DNA of 64,000 nucleotides from Octopus sinensis (GCF_006345805.1 NC_043018.1:25482001-25546000); one strand, 5' to 3'. Shown: positions 14,341-27,948, numbered from the stretch's first letter. Notes: generated from the sequence alone by a model not told the origin. A program made the numbers and translations.

Positions 14341-16132
14341 CAACAATGATGGTGGGGGTGATAGTAATGTGACATGGCGATGGTGGTGAAAATAGTGCTA
14401 TTGATGCATTGTTGGTAGTGGTGGTCATGTCTGAATGATGATGGGTGGGGGCTGTGGTGATGGAGATGGCTGGCAACGGTGATAGTTGTATTAGTTACAT
14501 GGCGATGGTGCTGAAAGTAAAACTAGTACGTTAGCATTGGGTGCAAGTGAAGGAAGATATATTAATAAGTGTAGTGATAAAACAACAGCAGCAGTAGTAG
14601 CAGCAGCAGCAGCACTAGTAGCAGCAGCAGTAGTAGTAGAGTGTGGTGATAGTTGTGATGGTGTTAGTCTGCTAGTGGTGTTCTTGATGGTAGTGTGATG
14701 GCTGTGCTGTGGTAGTAGTGGTGATATTGTTCGTGTTGGTGATACTGTGGATGCTGGTACTTAAAATCCTACTGTTGTCGTTGTCGTCACTGCTTCTGCT
14801 GTTGTTTAACCCCGGGTTGATCCTCAACAAGCACACCTATAACCATGCAATCCAAGCACGACTATCCATCCATCTCGTCGTTTTCTTTCATCTTTTTTCC
14901 TGACAACCTTATCCAGTTTTATTTTTATTATTATTATTTTGGAAAGATGTCATGGTAGGGTGGTTTGAGGAAGCTTTGGCTGCTATCTCTACCAGGTGAA
15001 GCTACCATGTAGAGGATTGCTGAAGTGCTACTGTAGGTGGTTGTGGTGATGATGATGATTGTGATTATTATTATTATTATTTTTTTTTTTACTATGGTAG
15101 TGGTGGTGGTGAGCAATCAGATAATCAGACTTGTGTGAATAACTGTCATATTTGTATGAAATAGTTCGTATTTCAAAGAAAGCACGGTAATCATAAATAA
15201 AGCAGCCTTTCAGCTCTCTGTCTCTCTCCTTCTCTCCCTCTCCCCAGTCTTTCTCTCTCCGTTCTTTCTCTCTCTCTCTCTCTGTGTCTAACAATTGTTG
15301 CTCTATTCAATTACATTCTCCAATGAAGTATTTGAAATGTAAAGTGGGGTGGTGTTGTTGGGGCTGAATAGTGTGCAGAATGGAAAAATTTGTTACTAAA
15401 CAAATTAGATATTTTACTGTCAATTACTACTGAAGGGTATTAAAAATTTTTTTTTATATATATATACAAAAATTATTATTATTATTATTATTATTATTAG
15501 TGTTATTATTATTAGTGTTATTATTATTAGTGTTATTATTATTAGTGTTATTATTAGTAGCGTTATTTAAAGATCATTATTTTTATTGTTATATTATTGT
15601 TTAGTATGATTGTATTTTTGGTTGAAATATTTTGTTGATAAATAAATTTTGTTTATCATATATATATATATATATTTGTCTCTGTATGTTATACACACTT
15701 GCTCTCGCATGCACACATACATACATGAAATATTGATGTTTGCCTACCTCGCTTGCTATTCGAATATTTGCTACTGAGAAACATTAGAACAAGCAACCCT
15801 TTGTTGTAGTAGTAGTAGTAATAGTAGTAGTGTTAGCAATGTTAGTAGTAGTAGTAGTAATGTGTATGTTTATAGTAATAATAGCTGTGTGTTTGTTGTA
15901 GCAGTTGTGTGAGGTACCAAAAAAAAAAGGAAAAACAAAAAAATGCTAAAAGCAAAATGAATTGAAAAAAAATAGTTTTTCCACATTGACTAAAACCCTG
16001 CGTGTTTCTTTTTGCAGCCCAAACTGGAACTACACTGAAGGACAGGCAACTGTCTCCTAGTTTCAGATTTAATAGAAATATACTTATTTTGTTATGTGTG
16101 TGTCAATCTATGTCTCGCTCTCTCTCTCTGTA

Positions 16133-16208
<76 letters not shown>

Positions 16209-16299
16209 CACACATATATAAATATGTATGTTTGTGTGTGTATATATAAATATGTGTGTGTGTGTGTATATATATATATAAATTGTGTGTGTGTGTGTA

Positions 16300-16342
<43 letters not shown>

Positions 16343-16731
16343 TGTGTGTGTGATATCTGTATGTTTTTGGCTTTAAAAAGAAAAAAGAGTGAACTCAATA
16401 CATGGTCTGGAGTATATTTATATGAAGCAAGTTATTTCACCCTGTCACTATTACTCAGTTTCTCATTCAGTGCTATCTTCCAGGTGACAGCTAAAATAAT
16501 ATTTTTTTTTTTTGTTGGGTGGAAGATCTATACTAAACAAGGAACCTTGGCAACAAGGTGAATTGACTGCTTCCCCAGGTGTGGGTGTGTGGTAAGAAGG
16601 TTGCTTCCCAACCACATGGTTCCAGGTTCAGTCTCATTGTGCCATATCATGGGCAAGTGTTTCCTACTATAGCCCCGGGCTGGCCAAAGCCTTGTGAGTG
16701 GATTTGGTAGACAGAAACTGAAAGAAGCTTG

Positions 16732-16798
<67 letters not shown>

Positions 16799-17008
16799 TC
16801 TTTTACTCTTGTACTTGTTTCAGTCATTTGACTGCGGCCATGCTGGAGCACCGCCTTTAATCGAGCAACTCAACCCCGGGACTTATTCTTTTGTAAGCCC
16901 AGTACTTATTCTATTGGTTTGTTTTGCCGAACCGCTAAGTAACGGGGACATAAACACACCAGCATCGGTTGTCAAGCAATGCTAGGGGGACAAACACAAA
17001 CACACACA

Positions 17009-17048
<40 letters not shown>

Positions 17049-18020
17049 TACGACGAGCTTCTTTCATTTTCCATCTACCAAATCCACTCACAAGGCTTTG
17101 GTCGGCCTGAGGCTATAGTAGAAGACACTTGCTCAAGGTGCCACGCAGTGGAACTGAACCCGGAACCATGTGGTTGGTAAGCAAGCTATTTACCACACAG
17201 CCACATATATATATATATATGTATGTATGTATGTATATGTATGTTTGTGTGTGTGCTTATGTCCCCGTAACTTATCGGTTCAGCAAAAATGCTCCTGTAT
17301 GGCCGCAGTCAAATGACTGGAACAAAAGAAAGAAAAAAATGTGTGCTTGTATCTCCTTGACTTGATATCACATGATGGCTGTAAATGAGTGTCACTGTCA
17401 TACAAGCAGTGCCATTAGTCTCCAATGTTCTGTGAAAACATGCCTGGCCATGGGGAGCCACTATCTTGCTTGGAAACAGGTGAGGGTTGGCATCAGGAAG
17501 GACATCTGTTGGTAGAAATATCCACTTCAGCCAAATTCCGTCCAACACATGTGAGCATGGAAAAATGAACATGCAAACAATGATGATGTATATAATTCTT
17601 TACTTGTTTCAGTCATGAGACTGTGGCCATGCTGGGGTAGAATGAAGTAACCCCAGTATTTTTTTTTTAAAAGCCTGGTACTTATTCTATTGGTCTCTTT
17701 TGCTGAACCACTAAGTTATGAGGACATAAACAGACCAACACCAGTTGGCAAGCAGTGGTAGGACACGGATACACACACACAAACACACACGACAAACTTC
17801 TTCCAGGTTCCGTCTACCAAACCCACTCTTAAGGCTTTGATTGGCCCAAGGGTGTAGTGGAAGACGTTTGAGGAAGACACTACTTGCTTGGGACTGAACC
17901 CGGAACCATGTGGTTGGGAATGTAACTTTTTGACATTTAAATTGAATAAATGGAAAAAAAGGAAAGATTTGCTTCAGTTGATGACTCAGTAAATGAATTA
18001 ATATTTGAATATATATACAT

Positions 18021-18416
18021 AGGCGCAGGAGTGGCTGTGTGGTAAGTAGCTTGTTTACCAACCACATGGTTCCGGGTTCAGACCCACTGCGTAGCACCTT
18101 GGGCAATTGTCTTCTACAATTGCCTCGGTCCGACCAAAGCCTTGTGAGTGGATTTGGTAGACGGAAACTGAAAAGAAGCCTGTCGTATATATGTATATAT
18201 ATATATATATATATGCGTGTGTGTGTTTGTCCCCCTAGCATTGCTTGACAACCGATGCTGGTGTGTTTATGTCCCCGTTACTTACCGGTTCGGCAAAACA
18301 AACCGATAGAATAAGTACTGGGCTTACAAAAGAATAAGTCCCAGGGTCGAGTTGCTCGATTAAATGTGGTGCTCCAGCATGGCCACAGTCACATGACTGA
18401 AACAATTAAAAGAGTA
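18021..18416 (+). mobile_element. tRNA-derived SINE family A, near full-length. Other copies: 5022-5442(-), 16579-16735(+), 16797-17204(-), 17597-17920(-), 20835(+), 25585(+), 30003-30390(-), 35222-35630(-), 41085-41240(+), 51230(+), 55140(+), 59005(+)
   Basis: Pol III A/B boxes TGGCTGTGTGG and GGTTCAG(A/T)CC, CORE-like caccttgggcaa segment, internal (TA)n/(TG)n and a shared 3' half in more than 10 copies. Confidence 0.9.
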
Positions 18417-19575
18417 TATATATATATGATGGCAGAAACGTGTGACTGAAGGCGTTTATGAAAGTGGTTTTTTTTTTTTAATTTTAGTGATGAAGGGGTG
18501 TTGCAATGCAGAGCAACATTTTGAAGGGTTGTTTATATGTGCAGGTGTATGGACATGCATATGTATGTACACACGATACCTATGTGTGCGTGTGGGCATC
18601 TATGCACAAACACACACACTCACATTGGTGATAACGAGCAGAAGAAAGAATGTTTGATACTGAAAGTAGACCGTGAGCAATTTATTAGATTCGGTCAGCT
18701 GGAACCAAAATTGGCTGCAAGAACCTTGTGCTGCATGTGGCACATGAATAACATTTGTGTGTGTGTGTGTGTGTGTAAATTTCTCTCTTTCTCCTCTCTC
18801 GCATAGGCACATAAACACACACATTTTTGTATGTGTATATGTGTATGCATATCTGTATGTATGTATATATGTGTATGCAAGTGTTTGTGTATGTAAAATA
18901 TCTACGTGCATGTCTGTACACACGTGTACATAAATGCACTGTACCTACTCACTTGTGTGTTTCACACAATTTCACTGAATCATTTCCGATAATTCACGCG
19001 CATGCAATTCCGCTATTTCACGCTCATGCTAAAATGATAACGAAAAGAAAAAAGAAAAGGGAAATATCTAATAAGCCTAAAGACTTGACTATATTTTATT
19101 TACCCTATTCTTACTAATCTGATGTGGCACGGTAGATTCACAGTTCTTTTGACCCAGCTTCACTTCACACACACACACACACACACCTTATTATTCCTGT
19201 AGATTTACAGGCAGAATTGTTAATTACTCTGACAAAATGATAGCAGCAATCTTTTCCAATCTTCTCCTTCCTTCTCTCATTTTGTTACCCTTTTTTCCTT
19301 TCCTTCTTTTTTTTTTTTTACTTAAATATATTCCCTCCCACCCAACCATGTCCAACACCTTCAACTATCACCAGTTTCGTTTCAATGTTTAATTTTTAAA
19401 AAAATAAATAAAATTTCCCCCACTTCTTCCCTAATTTATATTTTCTCTTGCTTTTTTTCAATGAATTTTATTTTTAAAAACAATTTAAATAAAATTTAAA
19501 TAAACCTAAAGAATTTGCCAAAGTAAATTGCAAAAAAGAATCAAAAAAACACCCACCTCCCATATTTTATCATAG

Positions 19576-19701
19576 ATTGATGCTATCAACTCAGACTCCA
19601 TGATTGCAGAATCGGAACCTGGAACTGCCTCCCTCATGCCTGACAATGTGGACAAGGATAATGAGTCCCCGCCAACTTTGAATTTAGCGTGCTCGCAGAA
19701 C
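19576..19701 (+). CDS. Candidate alternative exon of the B55 gene (42-codon cassette, or alternative first exon with ATG at 19600)
   Basis: ttttatcatag|ATT GAT GCT...CAG AAC|gtgagt. 126 nt, phase 0-0, no stop: IDAINSDSMIAESEPGTASLMPDNVDKDNESPPTLNLACSQN. In frame with the exon at 20602. No homology recognised. Confidence 0.55.
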
Positions 19702-20601
19702 GTGAGTCCCAGAATTTAGTTTTCCAGATGTTTCTTATTCTTATTCTTCTTACCCCTTCATGTTTTTTTTGTTGTTGTTAAAATTTTTTAAAAAATAATT
19801 CTTTTTTAAACTTACACTTTTTTAAATCTAATAATCTTTAGGTTCTTCTAAAACCTGGCTTTTATTTTTTAAAAAAGTTTTTTTTAACAAAATCACAACA
19901 AAATTGCTTTGATCATTTGTTCATCTTTCTATTTTCTCCCCTCCCGCTATTGAACAATCTCATCATTATTGGTTTATATCATTAACAACCTCACGATAAC
20001 TATTTCTCAATATTCACTTTATATAATATTGGTATTAAAACAAACCTTCCAATGAAACAGCGCAGACTTACCATTTCAATCCACTTTCTATCTCTCTCCC
20101 CACTATTTGTAGAGAATTCTTAGAATGTAGATTATATAAGAGACAAGTTTTTTTTTTTCTAAGAAATTATCAGTTCAATTCTATATTTATAACATACACA
20201 CACAATTAGAGAAAATTATGAGCTGTAATAGCCTTGATCTTTTAGCATTTAGATTCTTCCTTTCACTTCTTTCTGTTTCTTATAAGGATTTTTTTTTTTT
20301 TAGAAGAAAAAGACTAAAATAAAAAAAAGAAAAAGAATTTTTTTTATTTTTAAAGTTTCTGTTAATATTTCTGATTCCAGAGTTTTGTAAGTATGGTTGA
20401 ATATTTTTGGCCACAGTTGTTTTGTTTTTTTAATTGTTTTTTTATTGTTTTTGTTTTCAAATGAGCTAAAATATTTTTCTTCAAAAGCAAAAAGTGGAAA
20501 GAAAAAAAAAGTAACAAACAAAACACATCCAATGCGAGAACAGTATTGTTTTATCAATATATATTGTAATTGTATCTTGTTTATCGTTGTTGGTGTTTCA
20601 G

Positions 20602-20767
20602 AGTCAGTTAGCTGTACCAGTCCGCGGTGAATATAATGTGTATAGTACTTTCCAAAGCCATGAACCTGAATTCGACTATCTGAAAAGTCTTGAGATAGAA
20701 GAGAAAATTAACAAAATCAAATGGCTTAGGAGAACCAACCCAGCCCACTTTTTACTTTCTACTAATG
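20602..20767 (+). CDS. PPP2R2: PP2A regulatory subunit B55 (twins/PPP2R2), internal coding exon (WD40 repeats 1-2 region)
   Basis: tttcag|AGT...AAT G|gtaag. Translates [55 protein letters not shown], the B55 signature segment. Phase 0 to phase 1, 166 nt. Confidence 0.97.
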
Positions 20768-23700
20768 GTAAGTCTTTGAATTCTTAGTTGTAATTCTCTT
20801 TTCTCATCAACTTTCCACTACTGTCATTGTTAGATGTGGGTGTGGCCATGTGGTTAAGACACCTGCTTCTCAACTGCATGGTCTCAGGTTCAGTCCCACT
20901 GTGCAGCACCTCTAAGCAAGTGTATTTTATTATAGCTTTGGGCTAACCAATGCCTTGTGAATGGATTCGGTAGATGGAAACAGGAACAAGCCTGTCATGT
21001 ATATGTCTTAGCAAACATCTCTTTAGCACTAATCTAAAATTTGGTTCACAAACTATACTAAAGTTGGAACCTACACTTCAGAACAGTTTGCCCTTGATGT
21101 CGGGGGCTTTAGTTGCATATGGTAGTCTGCAGTATTGACAATTTGGGGAGGGTTAAAGGAGCCAGAGGAGGGTGTCAGAGACAGTATAGACTGAGTATAA
21201 ATGATTTGGTTGATGTATAGAAATGAAAAGATCTGATAAAAAGAGATTATGCAGTAGGCTTTGCTGGGACAGTTGATGGATGGAAAAGAATAGTGCTATG
21301 TTTATTTCTTTTCATTTGTTTAGCTTGTAAACATCTTGTGTCTTACTATTTTGAGAACACAGATTTAGTGGTAAGACAGTTTGACATCTATTTTTAGCAT
21401 ACAAGGGATCCATATAGTGATCTCATATTGTTTATGTTTAAATAAAATTTAGTCCCCGGACGTTTTTAAGTATCCTGACCACTAGTTGAAATTGATATTA
21501 TTTAATAATATTAATTTCTACTCTTATTATTTTTGTCGTTAGTTTAACACCTGTTTTCAGTGTAAACAAGTTTTTAGTGTAACATCTTCCATAGTATTCA
21601 TCATTATCATCACCGTTTAAAGTCCGGTCTCCATGCTGTCATGGGTCCAACGGTTTCACATGGAACTGGCTAACAGGGAGTCTGTCCAGATCCCAGTTGT
21701 CTGTCTTGGCTTGGTGCCTTTACACAGTACTGGGACAGGTGTTTCTATGCAGCACTGGCACCAAATTTTAGCCCTAGCCAAGTTAGCAATTTGTGAGGAG
21801 GCGACTTGTTGATTACATCGACCCACCCACCCCCACCCCACCCCTCGGGGCTCAACTGATGCTTATTTTATCAAACTCGAAAGGATGGAAGACAAAGCTG
21901 ACCTCAGCAGAATTTGAGCATAAAAATGGACGAAATGCCACCAAACATTTTGTCTGGCATACTAACAGTTCTGTCAGTTTGAGACCTTTTGCATCTTCCT
22001 CAATAATACTGTCAGTAGTAACTGCTTAGTTGAAAACTTTGTTCACTTGTCATAGCTTTTATTAAGTCAGCCTCTGACAACTGTTGTTTCCACCCTGCAT
22101 GTATCACCCCCTCCTATCTACATTACAAGTTGTCCTCTGATTACCTTAAGTTAACTGTTTTGATACTAATCCACCTGAAACTGCATCTAGTTTTATGTTA
22201 CAAGCTTCCTGTTGACCCTTTAGTATTTAAACCAGCCATATCAGGTGCAAATATTCTACCTGTTTTATTTTCAAACCAACCAGATCTGGCCTCTCACACC
22301 AACCCTAAAATATCATTCCAAAAATTGACAGTTCCTCATCAAAATCTCAAAATGACAAGAAGCAAGAAGCGTCACTTCTCAGAGAATAATTATGAATGCT
22401 AATGAGTTGAAGTGATTTAAATTGAATCCTTCCTTCAAAATTTCGTGTTGATTTATATTCCAAAAACACCAGCTTAATAATGACAGTTATTTTATTAAAT
22501 TCTTCATTATTTTAGAAATTAATTGAAGCAAGAGCAATATATTTCAACAGAAATACAATAACAAACGGGTTCAGTAATCGTTTTAATCTCATTTAATGAC
22601 TTGGCTCAGTATCAGTGGAATCTAACTGGAGGAGATATATCCCTCTCTTCTTTACTTGCTGTATTCCAAGCAAATATGTTAAGTATCAATAGAAGATAAT
22701 AGCAGGAGGATTTAGAATCACTATAACCAGCTTATCCATGGATTTGTTTAACAGAATTCATTCTGTTGTAAGTACCCACTTCCTCTGTATCAGGACTTCC
22801 ATGGTTTTCCCTGCAGATGTTTTGGTTGGGCATCATCTACACAGCCAGGGACGATCTGTAAAGACTATGGTCAGGCCCTTCCTGTTCTGAGGTCATCCTT
22901 ATCATTAAATGTTGTCATCAACATTTAATGTCTGTTTTCCATGGGTTGAGTAACTTGACAGGATCTGGCAAGACCAGGATCTCATCAAGTTCCATAGTCT
23001 GTTTTGGTTTAGTTTCTACGGCTGGACGCCCTTCTTAATGCCAACCATTGCTTTTCCAATGGAGGCCTGGTTTGGACACATTATCATTGAGTCAGTTACT
23101 TCCCCACTTGGACAGATCATGGATCACCTCTTGCTTGTGCATTTCATTTTTGGCGTGATTTTCTCTGGCCAGATTGCCTTTCCTCTCACCAAGTATACTG
23201 GATGCATTTTTCAAAGCATCAGTAGAGAGGCTGTCTTTGGTGAGACTAGAATCCTCTCTGCCAAATCGTAAAATATTAACAGGTTGTTGATAGTTTTAAA
23301 ATATTGGCTTCATGTTTTGGCACAAGGCCAACAATTTCAGAAGAAAGGGGAAGTTGATTACATTGATCCCAGTGCTTAACTGGTACTCATTTTATTGACC
23401 CCAAAAAGATGAAAGGCAAAGTTGACCTCAGCGGAATTTGAATTCAGAACATAAAGATGGCCAAATTGTTGCTAAGTATTTTGCCTGGTGCACTAACAGT
23501 TTTGCCAGCTCACTAGCCTTGAAATATTAATAGGTCATTGGTAGTATGAAACTATTTACAGGCTGTAGATAGTATTAAAATATTGACGTACTATAGATGA
23601 TTTTAAAATATTAACAAGCTGTTGATAGTCTTAAACTATTTAAATGCTGTAGATTGTGTTAAAATATTAAAATAGATATTGAAAGGGAAAATGTCAATCG

Positions 23701-24379
23701 TGTGACATGCTATTTTTCCATGCTAGCATGGATTCACAAATACATTTTATCAAAACCAGATGCCCTTCTTGCCTGTTTTCAAGTTGGAGTTTTCATTCCA
23801 TTCAACTTCAAAAGCACAGATCTACCAGATAATTTGTTGGTAGGGAACTGACATCAGAACACACTGTCATTCTATAAAAATTTATATAAATAAAAAAATC
23901 CACTCAATTGATCAGTGGTCTTTGTACAGTTTCTGCCTACAAAATTCACTCAAGGCATCAGATAGTACTGCACTGTAATAGTAAACACATGTTTGAGGTC
24001 CTGGGCAGTGTGACTGAACACGAAACCTCATAGCTGCAATGTAAACGTCTTAATCACACAGCCATCCCTGTGCTTATATATTTGTTTACTTGTGGCTTGG
24101 GTGTGTTCATATGTATGTATGTATGTATGTATGTATATACACGCACACACACATATATAGAGTGCGATCTTCTAAAGCACGCAAATTAAAAACCTCAACA
24201 ATTACGATTTATGCAGCATTTCCTTCAATATATCGATTAACCAGGCAACCATGACAAAACTTGTAGCCAGTTGTCAAGGTTATCTCTACAAATTTAGTAT
24301 AGAAATTACAGCCAGCACTGATTGGTTTTTAGTACATTATCGTTGCATAACGACATATAATGTCCCTACAAGTCATTAA

Positions 24380-24599
24380 CCCTTCTTAGCATTTACACTG
24401 GCCAAATCCGGCCAAAATATTCTTCCTGTTTTATGCTCAAACTGGTCAGATCTGGTTTCTCACACTAACCCTACAATATCATTCTAAAAATTAAGTTACC
24501 TCATCAAGACCTCAAAGCTACAAGAAAACACATGATTAATTTAAAGCAACATGAATAAATAAACATTACTTTTGACAGAATAACGTGAATGCTAAAGGG
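24380..24599. mobile_element. Second piggyBac-type MITE family (about 220 bp); further copies near 22230, 29107, 30405, 30610, 37324, 38700-39110, 39353, 52600, 53830
   Basis: TTAA-CCCTT(T)AGCATT ... AATGCTAAAGGG-TT(A)A termini and a shared internal sequence (ccagatctggcctctcacacctaccctacaatgtcattctaaaa) in many copies. Confidence 0.8.
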
Positions 24600-24832
24600 T
24601 TTAAAACGCATGTTGGTCGCCATTATGAAAAATAGCAACATGACATGTTGAGTATTAATTCAGTCAGAGAAAGGTTTCAGAGTGAAACCAAGCAAAGTAA
24701 ATAAAATAAATTTACGATGTCTTCTTGATGCAGTTAACATTGATTTCTAATGTTAATTCAAGTCTGTAAGAAGGGAACACTTGATCAAATTATAAACCCA
24801 GTCCTCCTGAGAAATATGACAGGAAATCCTGA

Positions 24833-25083
24833 CAGGGCTGTGGAGTTAGTCATGGAGTCGGAGTTGGAGACTATTAAGGGGTAGCTGGAGTCAGTCGGTA
24901 AAACTATATTGACTCCGACTCCGACTCGCAATATCTTTAATCTTTAAGATAAGCCAGTTATAAGATATAGGCCTACTCAAAGTACAAGGGTATGCATATG
25001 CTTTATGAGATATGTAGACCACAATCACTTAGTTACTTGTAGTGGAGTTGGAGTCAGTTTTTTGTTTTGACTCCACAGCCCTG
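24833..25083. mobile_element. hAT-type MITE
   Basis: Perfect 14-bp TIR CAGGGCTGTGGAGT/ACTCCACAGCCCTG, subterminal GGAGTC repeats, degenerate 8-bp TSD aatcctga/aaacctaa. Confidence 0.8.
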
Positions 25084-26049
25084 AAACCTAATGAAATTTG
25101 AACTTAAAACACTTTGTGGGATTTGGTTAGCCTTCACATTCTGACTGGTGTTCTCAATTTTACCATCCCCAGCTTTTATAGAAATTAAATAAATATTTCT
25201 TAGATAGCAAAGAGCTTTAAGTCTTTAGCGAGGTAGGATTGCATTTGATTTTTATGGATCATAGTACATCATCATCATCTGTTTTCCATGCTGGCATGGG
25301 TTGTACGGTTTGACAAGAGCCAACCAGCTGAAGGGCTGTTCAGCGTCCCTGTCCTATGGCTGGAGGCCCTTCCTAACACCAACCACTTTACAGAGTGTAC
25401 TGAGTGCTCTTTATTTGGCACCAGCACCTATGAGCCCGTAAGATTAGGGATGCTCAGTTGGAGAGGGTTTCAGGGGACAAGCCAGTATGCAATCTCGCTT
25501 TGGTAATTTTTATCAACCCTTGAAGGATGATCCAGGCATGATTTGAACTTAGAATATAACAGATAATTAAATACTGCAAGGTGCAAGCATAGTTGTATGG
25601 TTAAGTTTGCTTTACAGTTGTGTAGTTTTGGGTTCAGTTCCACTGTGTGGCACCTCAGGCAACCATCTTTTACTACTACCCCAAACTGACCAAAAGACTT
25701 TTGGTCAGCTCAGGGGCTTATAGTATCTTGTTTACAGAAACTGAAAAAGAATCCCATTGTGTGTGTGTGTGTTTGTGGAACCTTTTTTGGGGGTGGGGTG
25801 GGTGTCTGGATTAGGCAAAAAATAAGTATTATTTAGCCTAGAAGCAAGTGATGTTTGGCTGTAGGAAGAGCATCTGACTAGAAAAATCTTCCTCGGCATA
25901 TCGTGTTTGACTCAGTGCCCGCAAGGAAAAGTAAGTGCTAAAATGATTACAGTGAAGACCATTTCGGCCAGCACTCTACCATTTGTATCAACTATCACAG
26001 CAATTTTTCAACCTTTTTGAATTCATAGCATATTAAATAAGATATTGGT

Positions 26050-27320
26050 GGACTCAGTAATAAGATTTATAAAGGCAACAAACTTCTAAAAGTCATGAAT
26101 TGTTCCACTTTTCAAAAGAAAGGTTATCTTCACCTTTACCAAAACTACAGAGGAACTACATCTAAATTCAACTCTATGCTCCATAATAGAATTTCCCTTC
26201 ATATAGACCCCGTCCTAAAATGGAACCAGAGGTTCTGCGAAGTAGATCAACATTGTCACAAATCCTTGCCTTTTGAAATATTATACAAGGGTTTGGAATC
26301 TCCAAGTAAAAGACATTGGTCACATTTGTGGATTTCTCCAAAACATTTGATAGTGTTAACAGAAAAGTTGTTACCATTTAGCTTGTTGAACTATATTGTC
26401 CCAGATAAGATTGTCCAATCCATCCCACTCATGTATCAAATTTTGTGCAAGGTACAGGCAACTCAGCTAAATGATTTCTAGCAACAGCAGGAATTCTTCA
26501 GTGAGACACCCCAGCTCCTTTTGTCTTTGCCTCAGAGTGTAGTCCATGACAGTTACAAAGTCTTGTACCCAAGACGAAGCAATGACATCAACAGAACATG
26601 TCTCTCTGACTTTGATTATGCTGATGGCTTTACCCTCATAGCTCATCGACAGTGTGATGTGCAAGACTTGATAGCTCTTGAGAATGCTGCATATGGTGTG
26701 AATGGCTAAGAGCCTTTTCAAAATGTGGTTTACAAACATTCTTTGTCCTGCAGTAGAAAGGTACAGTGTCAGACATATTTCCAATAAAGCATTGCTTCTT
26801 TTAGACAATGCACTGAGCCACGCCCAGTGAACTTAGATGACCTTTCTGATAATGTGAGAGTAGAGTATATCGGCAAGAATACTTCTTTGCTCCAGCTAAC
26901 GGTCAAGGTGTAATAGTTAACTTTAAGGTATATTATATGAGAAGTTGGACTGTTTTGCAATGCAAAGGAAACTGGATACATCAAAATGTGAGCCACCTTC
27001 CAATTTGATTTAACGATGGTGTACAACTCAAAGGCCAATGGTCTTTAAGGATCTTGGTTCCTACATTGCTGATAGGAAGAAAGACTTCTTTATATACAAA
27101 GAACTTAGTTTGGAGTGTTTTTGACAACCTTCAGAACATCTGGTAATTGAGTATTTCAAAGTCAACAAGTCTTTCCTTCTTCAGGGCATGTATAGGGAGC
27201 AGTCTTCTCTGTGGAGCTGAAATCTGAACTTAAAGGAGCTTCAAGATCACTGTGATGATACATACATCATATATCAGTGTTATCACGAGAGCTTAAAACA
27301 AGACTGAAGAGGGAATTCCA
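26050..27320 (+). mobile_element. Decayed RTE-clade LINE reverse transcriptase fragment
   Basis: Motif relics QNYRG, FVDFSKTFDS, GILQ*DTPAPF, DFDYADG, NAKET, FKDLGSYI, then LLCGAE...DDTY. Many stops. Confidence 0.82.
26717..26950 (+). mobile_element. Internal Tigger transposase fragment nested in the RTE fragment
   Basis: WFTNILCPAVERYSVRHISNKALLLLDNALSH...DDLSDNVRVEY, closely similar to the minus-strand segment at 34236-34469. Confidence 0.82.
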
Positions 27321-27948
27321 CCCATCTCTACTATTATTGCTTAACATGGGGTAGGCTTGTTCACCATTGCTATCATGCTGATCAGTGTTATATTCAGAGG
27401 CTACCCCACACCTGAATAACAAGCAAAGGCCACTTAGCTTTATTGGTGTTATTGGCAGAGACACAGTAACATGGAAATGAAGATCTATCAAAACTAACTT
27501 GGGATAGAGATTTCCTGGCACAGAATTGTGAGATATGTGTGTGTGTGTGTGTGTGTGATAATTGTCTTGGGCAATATGCCAACAGTTTAAAATCAAGACA
27601 GAAAGCAAATGAAGAGTATAAAGTGGTAAGATCAGTTTATTCCAAAATCTGTATCTGACATAGATACATGCTTAGGATAACAATAAAGTACAGGAAACTG
27701 ATCAAATATCAATATCAGTGACTGAGAAATTTATACTCCACCACCCACACATACCCTTGGCCATGCTAGGGTGGTACTTTTAGTGGCAGCATTTTATGGC
27801 TGGATGTCCTTCTTGATGCCATAACTTTTAGTCACCTTTTGGAGGACACAACATTATGACATATTTATTTTAAAAATCGAGATACATTCCAAGTTATCCA
27901 TATTAAATTTAGATTGCTAGAAATGCTGTCCTTTCCTATTTCACCAAT

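Noticed and set aside
13705-14476. His/Pro/Ile-rich ORFs of 180-210 aa on the minus strand
   Set aside because: They derive from the 61-bp minisatellite and trinucleotide repeats. The tail overlaps a dispersed repeat fragment also seen near 13440, 36250 and 52950.
1-19500. Expected B55 N-terminal exons (WCFSQ..., ADIIS.VEFN..GDKGGRVV)
   Set aside because: No matching sequence found by eye, so they are presumed to lie upstream of the window.
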